From contig JBNKNM010000124.1 of assembly GCA_050293845.1 (NCBI GenBank), forward strand, positions 1 through 15,368: a stretch of 15,368 nt of DNA. Direction: 5' to 3'. The translations under genes and the position numbers were made by a program. Each line of letters begins with the position of its first letter. Within the stretch, counting starts at the first letter, position 1. Under the pieces are notes generated by a model. The model was not told where the DNA came from. It was given only the letters and a program-made list of their open reading frames with translations, and did no database searches. This document shows, piece after piece, positions 5,276 through 12,062 of this stretch. Source of the stretch: Pseudobacteriovorax sp. (GTDB lineage: Bacteria > Bdellovibrionota_B > Oligoflexia > Oligoflexales > Oligoflexaceae).

Positions 5276-7150
5276 ATGAGTGCTAATTTAAGTCAAGTAA
5301 GTCTAGCAGAAATCTATAAGTCGAAAGCATTTGAAGCCTGGTCATTTCTAAAAGAATTAGAAAAACAAATTGAAGAAAAAAAGGACCTTTTAGATTCAAT
5401 TGGCGTTAATTTTATTATCAGTGGTTGCACTAAAGCTAGTGGCACAGAAAGTGGTTTTTCTCAACAACATTTTAGTAATTCAGCTCTTCACATGATGCTT
5501 GAGAAATGCCCCCATATGACCGAGAGTATGGAGCGTGAAATAAAGCGGTGCTTCGAGGCTGATAGCTATAAGAAGCCTACAATTTTTTCAAACCCTGCAC
5601 TTTTCGAAAAAATGCAGCAAGAGATTGAAAGGCAACGCTTTAAAGAAATGCGAGAGGTTATCAATTGGGTCAAAAGAGCAAGGACACCCGACGGGTATAT
5701 GTGGAAGGAAAAGAATTACATAACAATACCTCAAGTCGTGAGGCTTATGGCTACCCCGCAAGTTAGTAAAGGAACTGATCATTGGCGTTGGCGCTTTGAG
5801 AGCGCATACGATAACCTAAGAAAGTTAGAAATTGCTCTATATAGCCTTGACAATCAGAAGCTACCTGATCGGCTTCTTGCCGATGATATTTGTAAAACTT
5901 GGGAAGACGAGTCGAAGATTACTGACTATAAACCAGATGGAATTAAAACCTTTTCTTTTAAAAGTAAATATTTTGAGCTAAGAGCATATAGAAAAGCCCC
6001 CGATCAAATCACTTTTACACCTAAAGCATTGGCTTTACTTAACCAAGAAAAGTATCATTTTAATAAGTCATGGGAACCTCAAAAAACTTGCTCTTTTGAA
6101 CTTAATAGGGAGCAAAAAAAGGCTATTGAGTGGATTAAAAAAAGTCCCGATACCATTAATCGAAAAGTATCTCAGACTGTGCGCGTCGAAGGTGTAACCC
6201 TGGATATTTCTAAAAACCATAACATTGACTTTTTTTCAGACTCAAAAGAATGGCAGAATTTAGCAAATTTGGAGTATGCGCTATACAAATTGTCGGGAAA
6301 AAATTTACCTGACAAGTTTTTAAATGAGCTGATCAAGGAAACCTGGGATATTGAATATAGGGAAGGTAAAAGAGCTATTTATAAAATACCTCCAAAAGAA
6401 AGGAAAGAAAGTATTTTTTTAGCCGCGCTCAAGCTCATTAAAACCATGAATTTTGAAAGTGAGTTCTTTACTTTAAAAATCTATCGAAACTCTACAGGTG
6501 AAATTACTTTTACAGATGAAGCCCTAGAGCTTCTAAATGGCAAAAACGAGACGATAAATGCTGTAGAATCTGAGGCGTTAAATGCTGCAAATGTTGAGTT
6601 CTTGCAGACGCATAATCAACCAGAAATTGACCCACTAAATGAAGTTATAGAGTTTGAAAAACAATGGCTTTTAAGGCGTTCTGAATTAAGGCGTCAAGCT
6701 TGCGACAGACAAGTTGAAAAAATCACTTCTCAAGATCCTAAAATAGTTTCAAAGAGTGAAATATCTAAAGCTCTTGACCTGATAGAATTACGCATTGAAT
6801 CACTCGATGATACTAACAAGTTGTCTGATAAAAGCGAGAGGCTTTTAAAAGCTAAAGTCGCGCAAGACGAAGCCATAAAGAAGCAAGAAGCTAAACCAAA
6901 AATTGTTATCGATTTCTCAAAAAAGGAAGGCTTTATTGTTTACGGATCAACTAGAGAAATTAGTCAGGATCTAGGGCGAAAAGGTTTAGGTCTAGCTTAT
7001 TGGGGTCTCAAAAAATTGTGGTATATTCGAGGTTCCAAAGGAAAGCCATGGTCCGCTAATTACCAGCGGTTTATTGATGGACTCGAAAGGGTTTGTAATA
7101 AAAACGGCATGACATTAGATAACAAAATAAAACTGGCTGAAGCAGCCTAG
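5276..7150 (+). CDS. 624-aa leading-region protein with two tandem DUF4942-like domains
   Basis: SD AGGAG. Internal repeat DNLRKLEIALYSLDNQKLPD...FKSKYFELRAYRKAPDQITFTPKALALLN vs QNLANLEYALYKLSGKNLPD...FESEFFTLKIYRNSTGEITFTDEALELLN. Resembles the recalled DUF4942 C-terminal pattern F.S.YF.I+.FK.G.GHITF....L...LN. The family call is tentative. Confidence 0.85.
   Translation: MSANLSQVSLAEIYKSKAFEAWSFLKELEKQIEEKKDLLDSIGVNFIISGCTKASGTESGFSQQHFSNSALHMMLEKCPHMTESMEREIKRCFEADSYKKPTIFSNPALFEKMQQEIERQRFKEMREVINWVKRARTPDGYMWKEKNYITIPQVVRLMATPQVSKGTDHWRWRFESAYDNLRKLEIALYSLDNQKLPDRLLADDICKTWEDESKITDYKPDGIKTFSFKSKYFELRAYRKAPDQITFTPKALALLNQEKYHFNKSWEPQKTCSFELNREQKKAIEWIKKSPDTINRKVSQTVRVEGVTLDISKNHNIDFFSDSKEWQNLANLEYALYKLSGKNLPDKFLNELIKETWDIEYREGKRAIYKIPPKERKESIFLAALKLIKTMNFESEFFTLKIYRNSTGEITFTDEALELLNGKNETINAVESEALNAANVEFLQTHNQPEIDPLNEVIEFEKQWLLRRSELRRQACDRQVEKITSQDPKIVSKSEISKALDLIELRIESLDDTNKLSDKSERLLKAKVAQDEAIKKQEAKPKIVIDFSKKEGFIVYGSTREISQDLGRKGLGLAYWGLKKLWYIRGSKGKPWSANYQRFIDGLERVCNKNGMTLDNKIKLAEAA
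6585..6607. repeat. CTGCAA-N11-TTGCAG site embedded in the 624-aa CDS
   Basis: ctgcaa-atgttgagttc-ttgcag, located in the linker after the second repeat domain. Confidence 0.88.
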
Positions 7151-7167
7151 GCAAAGGATCAATTCTA

Positions 7168-7893
7168 ATGGGTGATTTTTCTAAATGCGATGAGTTAAAA
7201 GCGGAGCTTGACGGGCTCCGCCCGATTGAACAAAAGCACATGAAAGATATTAAGTCTTTTTGGCAAATTGGCCTTGCTTATTCCTCAAATGCTTTAGAGG
7301 GTAATACCCTCACTGAGACCGAGACCAAGGTAATCTTAGAGGATGGCATAACTGTCGGCGGAAAATCCGTCAGGGAGCATATGGAAGCGCTTGGTCATAG
7401 GGATGCGCTAAGCTATCTATTTACTGCTTGTTCTGGTGGTTACAATGAGAAGGTCATCTGTGAGCTACATCGATTGTTTTACTTTAGAATCGACGAGAAT
7501 AATGCTGGTGCATATCGTCGAGAAAATGTCATCATCACTGGGACCAACTATCTACCTCCAGATTCCGATGATGTACCTAACTTAATGAGCAAGTTTTGTA
7601 ACTATGATAAAAGTCAACATCCAATTGAACATGCTGCGCTTGCACATCAGGAGTTAGTTAATATCCATCCATTTGTTGATGGTAATGGGAGAACTGCTAG
7701 GCTTCTCATGAATCTCATTTTGCTTGGAAATGGCTACCCAATTATTGTAATTCCTCCGATATATAGAGGTAGGTATATTGATGCAGCTAAGGCTGGGAAT
7801 TTAGGCGATCCTCTGCCTTTTCGAGAGTTCCTCGCTCAAGTGGTTGAACAAGGATTGATAGACTATTTAAGAATGCTCAAAAAACTGAAATAA
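7168..7893 (+). CDS. fic: Fic-domain AMP transferase, class II
   Basis: Canonical active-site motif HPFVDGNGRTAR plus N-terminal autoinhibitory motif SNALEG, matching (S/T)xxxE(G/N). Confidence 0.96.
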   Translation: MGDFSKCDELKAELDGLRPIEQKHMKDIKSFWQIGLAYSSNALEGNTLTETETKVILEDGITVGGKSVREHMEALGHRDALSYLFTACSGGYNEKVICELHRLFYFRIDENNAGAYRRENVIITGTNYLPPDSDDVPNLMSKFCNYDKSQHPIEHAALAHQELVNIHPFVDGNGRTARLLMNLILLGNGYPIIVIPPIYRGRYIDAAKAGNLGDPLPFREFLAQVVEQGLIDYLRMLKKLK

Positions 7894-7996
7894 AGGCACT
7901 ATCAAGGGAGCTTTGTCAGGTTGTTTTGGCAGGGGCGTTAAAGATGGCTCACATCGCAGGCTCAAGCCTGCTCAGATCACCATGAATAGCCGAGCC

Positions 7997-8353
7997 TTAG
8001 AGTCGGTTTGCAAGAGCTTTGATCACCTCGCTTAAGTCTGAGTTGTTTGATTTTTTCATAGACTTATCAGCAATGTCCCAAGCTGCTATTGGTAGTGATA
8101 GATTTACCTTTTTAATTTCGTTGGGTTCTACTTTAAACGTAAAACCATTTGAACCTTCTTCTAGGAGGAGATGCGTAACAACATCAGATAAGCTTAGGCC
8201 GTCCTTGCCGCCATTTTTTGCTAGATAGTCCTCAAGAATTCTTAAGGTTTTTGAATCTAGGTCAAGCTCTTTATCAACAATTTTTGTTAGAGCCATAGGG
8301 CTAGATTTCTTGGGAGACTTTGTTACTTTCTTTTTAGGTTTATTAACAGCCAT
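7997..8353 (-). CDS. Putative tandem ribbon-helix-helix DNA-binding protein
   Basis: Likely start is the ATG at 8353 (SD GAGG, 1 nt after the upstream stop). Two RHH-like units: LDLDSKTLRILEDYL...SLSDVVTHLL and VNLSLPIAAWDIADKSM...DLSEVIKALA. Confidence 0.7.
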   Translation of the reverse strand: MAVNKPKKKVTKSPKKSSPMALTKIVDKELDLDSKTLRILEDYLAKNGGKDGLSLSDVVTHLLLEEGSNGFTFKVEPNEIKKVNLSLPIAAWDIADKSMKKSNNSDLSEVIKALANRL

Positions 8354-8354
8354 T

Positions 8355-9224
8355 CTATACCTCAATTTTTGATTTTTCAGTTGTTAATATTCTGCCTAAT
8401 ATGGCAAGCGCCAGTCTAGCCTTTTTGTCGTCAGAAATGCCAGTCTTTTTTATATTTTTTGACTCATTCACCTGTCCTTTAATAGGATCGATAACTACTA
8501 TGCCATGGATCACTTTTGGGATTGGATCAGTTGCCTTAATGATTCCAATAACATAGTCATACAACTCATCGGGTGCCTCATCAAATTTCTGTGTTTTTAC
8601 ACCAATCATAATTGGCTTTTCGTCTGGATCAGGTAGGATCACAATTGCGTCAACTTTCAGATTTTCAGGGATAGATGTTAGTATTTTTTGAGGCCCTGGC
8701 TCTGTCCCAATAATTTCCCTAAAATCTAGTCGATGGAGCCTCCCAAAAACCTCGATTGGGTTCAAGTTTTCCCTTTTGGCTCTCCTTAGCTCTTTGGCAA
8801 CCTTCTGAACTTCTGTTACGCTTATCTTGCCCTCAAGATATTCGCTCTCAATGGCTTCAACATATTCAGGCTCAACTTTCATTTTTTCGATGGTTACAAA
8901 GGAATCCAAGGCAGAGGCAGATAGCTCTCCAATTTCCTCAGAAATTTCGACGAAAGAATTTGTGTTTTGAGGATTTTTTTTGTTCCAAATTTCTACCATT
9001 TTTTTTCCAGCTCTGTAGTTCAGCCAGAGGGAACTTTCGCTCACCTCAATATCTTTGGCTAAACCCTTAACCCATCTTGTAAATGACGGAGTATTCTTTT
9101 TGCTGCGCCAAAGCTCATTTTTCTCAACTTCGAGCATCTTTTCGGCGATATTTTGCCAGCGCTTTTTACCTTCTTTCGCCGCTTTTGCAATTTGAATCTC
9201 ATATTCCTCAATATTACTAGCCAT
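8355..9224 (-). CDS. Putative DNA-binding protein: N-terminal HTH and possible degenerate nuclease-fold C-terminal domain
   Basis: Likely start is the ATG at 9224 (SD GAAAGGAAGG). LW...SFTRWVKGLAKDIEVSESSLWLNYRAG is HTH-like. The C-terminal VDAIVI...IMIGVKT recalls a PD-(D/E)xK fold lacking the acidic residue. First gene left of oriT. Confidence 0.8.
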   Translation of the reverse strand: MASNIEEYEIQIAKAAKEGKKRWQNIAEKMLEVEKNELWRSKKNTPSFTRWVKGLAKDIEVSESSLWLNYRAGKKMVEIWNKKNPQNTNSFVEISEEIGELSASALDSFVTIEKMKVEPEYVEAIESEYLEGKISVTEVQKVAKELRRAKRENLNPIEVFGRLHRLDFREIIGTEPGPQKILTSIPENLKVDAIVILPDPDEKPIMIGVKTQKFDEAPDELYDYVIGIIKATDPIPKVIHGIVVIDPIKGQVNESKNIKKTGISDDKKARLALAILGRILTTEKSKIEV

Positions 9225-9240
9225 ATACAGCCTTCCTTTC

Positions 9241-9363
9241 ATACCAATATTTGTAGTATATTATAATTTAGAGCACTCCAATATTTGGAGTTATAATATA
9301 AATAATTCTATATTATATGGTAATTAACCACTCCAAAATTTGTAGTATAACAATATTTGTAGT
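9241..9363. promoter_or_regulatory. Four 17-bp palindromic boxes (consensus ACTCCAATATTTGKAGT): operator or centromere-like
   Basis: ataccaatatttgtagt 9241-9257; actccaatatttggagt 9275-9291; actccaaaatttgtagt 9330-9346; ataacaatatttgtagt 9347-9363. Confidence 0.85.
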
Positions 9364-9776
9364 GATGGTTTTCATCTCTGGAATTTGCCTTGTTGGTCCC
9401 GTAGCGGCCTCGGCTCCGAGTGGGCTAGGATTGGAGAAATCCTAAGAACCGATCATGTGGTTTCGCTATAGAACTTTTCCCATGTCCATGGACGTAATTG
9501 AAAAAGTTCTATGGGCTAGGCGTCATATTGTTAAAGCCTGTACCCCAAGATTTCCATTTGCACAAAGAATACTCCTCGTTGTCAACTAAATTGCCTGAAG
9601 CAATTTAGCCATGTGTGCAATCTCCCCCTGCTGACCGCATGTGTCTTACTCTCTTTAGGAGAGTAGTAGACGGTTGCGTCATATTATTTTTTTCCAACCC
9701 AAAGCTACGCATCCAAAGGATGCTACGCAGCTCGCCTTCGTCTCGCTCACACACTCCGCCACTAAAGAGACTTAAT

Positions 9777-9973
9777 TCTGTGTATAATCAGATTTCATCT
9801 GTGTATCATCAGATATATGGTTTAAATCTCTGTTAATCAAGAATATTTCGATATGAACATATCTTTCTTGAAGTCAAGACTAATTCTGTTTATAATTAGA
9901 AACATCATTGGTATGATAAATATAATGATTATGTTAATGATATTATTAATATAATTATCTGATAATCATCAGA
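9777..9973. repeat. Four 16-bp TCTG-N8-YAGA repeats, probable relaxosome accessory protein binding sites
   Basis: tctgtgtataatcaga 9777-9792; tctgtgtatcatcaga 9798-9813; tctgtttataattaga 9885-9900; tctgataatcatcaga 9958-9973. Confidence 0.8.
9868..9896 (+). promoter_or_regulatory. sigma70 promoter of the mobilisation operon
   Basis: TTGAAG-17nt-TATAAT; the -10 hexamer lies inside the third 16-bp repeat. Confidence 0.7.
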
Positions 9974-9989
9974 TACAAATGGAGAATAT

Positions 9990-10307
9990 ATGACGACTAA
10001 ATCAATCTATTTTTCCATTGAAATGGATGAGAAAAAAGAGCTTGAGATGACAGCAAAAAATCTTGGAATCAAGCCATCAGAATTGGCTCGTAGAAGATAC
10101 CGACAAGGCAAGCTTATGCAGTCTAGTTCTGGTCTGTCTGATGGACTCCTAGAGTATCTAGTTAAACTATCTACTTTTCAGTATGCAGCGCTTGAAAAAA
10201 TCATCAACCAGAGGCCAGACAATTTCGAGTCTGTTATGATTCGAGGTGCTGAGCTTTACTCAGAAGCATTAAGACTTGTAGAAAGTTCAAAAAACATGGA
10301 GAGTTAG
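9990..10307 (+). CDS. TrwA-like relaxosome accessory protein (RHH)
   Basis: KSIYFSIEMDEKKELEMTAKNLGIKPSELARR fits a beta-helix-helix RHH. First gene before the coupling protein and relaxase; SD GGAG. Confidence 0.75.
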   Translation: MTTKSIYFSIEMDEKKELEMTAKNLGIKPSELARRRYRQGKLMQSSSGLSDGLLEYLVKLSTFQYAALEKIINQRPDNFESVMIRGAELYSEALRLVESSKNMES

Positions 10308-10310
10308 TTT

Positions 10311-12056
10311 GTGGATGAAGGAAAACAAATATCAACTCGCTCGTACTTTAAATCAGTTAGACACAATCTAAGAATCGTGTTCTTGACTTATGTTATAGCT
10401 CTTCTGATTCTTCTTTTCAGGGTCTATCTTTTATGGCCTGAAAATCAACTGCCAATGACTAAGGGGCTTTCTATTAATCCTCTTCTTGTAGCAAAGATCA
10501 CTAACGCACTTCTCTTGTCAATCCCATTATCTGGGGGCTTGTCATTGGTCGTTTTTGGCGTCTTTGAACTCCTTGCAGATCGTACTATGAAGCCTCGATA
10601 CCTGTCTGGCTCTAAGAGAGTAAGTCTAGCGGAACTTTCGAAGAAAATTGATTCCTCGAAGGAGTACGATTTTAGAAGAAGTGATTCAGATATAAATCTT
10701 GATCTTATTGACCCCAATCTATCTGGTAATAAGTCCAAAGTATCTATTAGATTTCCAGCCCAGCTTGGTGCAGGTCATAACCTGTATCTTGGGGTTTCAG
10801 GTGCAGGAAAGTCTCAGCTCATGGAAGCTGGATTTGAAGAGGTTAGGCACTGTGGGAATAAATGTATAATTGTGGACCCTGGTGGGCGATATTACGAGAA
10901 ATTTGGCCGCAAGGAAGACGTTATCTTATCCCTTTATGATAGACGCAGTGAGCTTATTGATTTTTGGGCTGAAGATGCAAGCCCAGATGAGATTGCAAGC
11001 TCTATTATTGAGGAAAGGGAGAATGGCACAGGGGCAGATCAATTTTACTCCCTTTCACCGCGCGCAGTGTTTTCTGGCTTGATGGACGCCTCATCTTCGA
11101 CAGTGGAGATGTGGCAGCTTTTAAAATCTATGGATATTACGAGGATTAGGAGCCTCCTTCAGGAGATAGAATCGATGGGCGCAAATATGCTTCTTGCCCG
11201 CGAGACAGCGGGCAATGTTATGACCTCGCTATCTGTGAAAATGTCCTGGCTAAAGCATATCAATCACTGGCCTATTCAGAGGGGAAAGACAGAGCCTTTT
11301 CTACTATCTAGATGGGCTAGAGATGATAGCGATACGCGCTGGGTTTTCCTTGTTTCAAGAGAGCGTGATTGGAGTTTTACAAAGCACATTATCCGGGTCT
11401 GGTTTGATCTTGTCTCAAATTCTATCTTTGGGAGAAATTTTGAAGAATCCAAAGCTAAGAGAGTCGTTGCTGGATGTGATGAGATTTCTACGATTGGTAA
11501 GCTAGAAAGTCTCCCTAAGATCCTTGATAAGGGAAGAAAGGATGGCTACCATCTTTGGGCTGGACTTCAGGATGTCGCTCAGTTCTATTCAGCCTACGGA
11601 ATCCAGGACGGAAAAAATATCATTAATGGGTTTCACAACAGATTTCTTTTTCGCGGAAATGGCCAGGATCTACTATCCTTGATGGAAGAAAGCTGTGGGG
11701 AAGGTCGTTGGTTAAAAAAGATTGAGCAAATTGATGCTCGTGGTGAGAAAAGCTTGTCAGTTTCAGAGAAGGCAATTAGGCCGTTTATAAAAGATGACTT
11801 TCTTAATATACCAAACCTTAGGTTTGTCGTTAAGCTTGCGACAATGAACCCTGCTTTGGCTCAGATTGAGCATGTAAATAGGCCAAGCATTAACCCTGCT
11901 GATAAGAGTGAAATACCAAGACCCAAGAAGAAAGAAACGGGAAGCGATGCTGCTCCTTTGAAAACCAGTAAAAACGATAGTAAAGCTAAGAGTGAAAGCA
12001 CTGTTAATGACGAGGGTGGATCTTCAGATGAAGAGATCCCCATTTGGGAGGATTAG
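10311..12056 (+). CDS. traD: Type IV coupling protein, TrwB/TraD family
   Basis: Two N-terminal transmembrane segments, Walker A GVSGAGKS, IIVDPGG, Walker B VVAGCDE, K-G-R-K and GLQDVAQ motifs; directly precedes the relaxase. Confidence 0.93.
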   Translation: MDEGKQISTRSYFKSVRHNLRIVFLTYVIALLILLFRVYLLWPENQLPMTKGLSINPLLVAKITNALLLSIPLSGGLSLVVFGVFELLADRTMKPRYLSGSKRVSLAELSKKIDSSKEYDFRRSDSDINLDLIDPNLSGNKSKVSIRFPAQLGAGHNLYLGVSGAGKSQLMEAGFEEVRHCGNKCIIVDPGGRYYEKFGRKEDVILSLYDRRSELIDFWAEDASPDEIASSIIEERENGTGADQFYSLSPRAVFSGLMDASSSTVEMWQLLKSMDITRIRSLLQEIESMGANMLLARETAGNVMTSLSVKMSWLKHINHWPIQRGKTEPFLLSRWARDDSDTRWVFLVSRERDWSFTKHIIRVWFDLVSNSIFGRNFEESKAKRVVAGCDEISTIGKLESLPKILDKGRKDGYHLWAGLQDVAQFYSAYGIQDGKNIINGFHNRFLFRGNGQDLLSLMEESCGEGRWLKKIEQIDARGEKSLSVSEKAIRPFIKDDFLNIPNLRFVVKLATMNPALAQIEHVNRPSINPADKSEIPRPKKKETGSDAAPLKTSKNDSKAKSESTVNDEGGSSDEEIPIWED

Positions 12057-12062
12057 CATAAG

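Larger units (their letters stand above)
9380..9989. other. oriT: Origin of transfer (oriT) region, candidate nic at 9748/9749 on the minus strand
   Basis: Non-coding, inverted-repeat-rich gap directly upstream of the trwA/B/C-like genes, as in R388-type MOBF modules. The minus strand reads GGCGGAGTGTGT/GAGC, similar to recalled MOBF nic sites of the TGCGTAGTGTGT/GG type. Confidence 0.7.

Noticed and set aside
5588..9070. ORFs 5588-5782, 8019-8228 and 8756-9070
   Set aside because: Antisense to longer, better-supported CDSs.
9695..9730. Alternative nic after the GCATCC-TTT-GGATGC hairpin (minus strand TGCGTAGCTTTG)
   Set aside because: It has an R388-like hairpin plus TGCGTA but lacks the GT(G/C)T before the cut. 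Ranked below 9748/9749, not fully excluded.
9615..9836. 73-aa ORF across oriT
   Set aside because: Spans the hairpins, nic candidate and binding repeats; no SD or motif.
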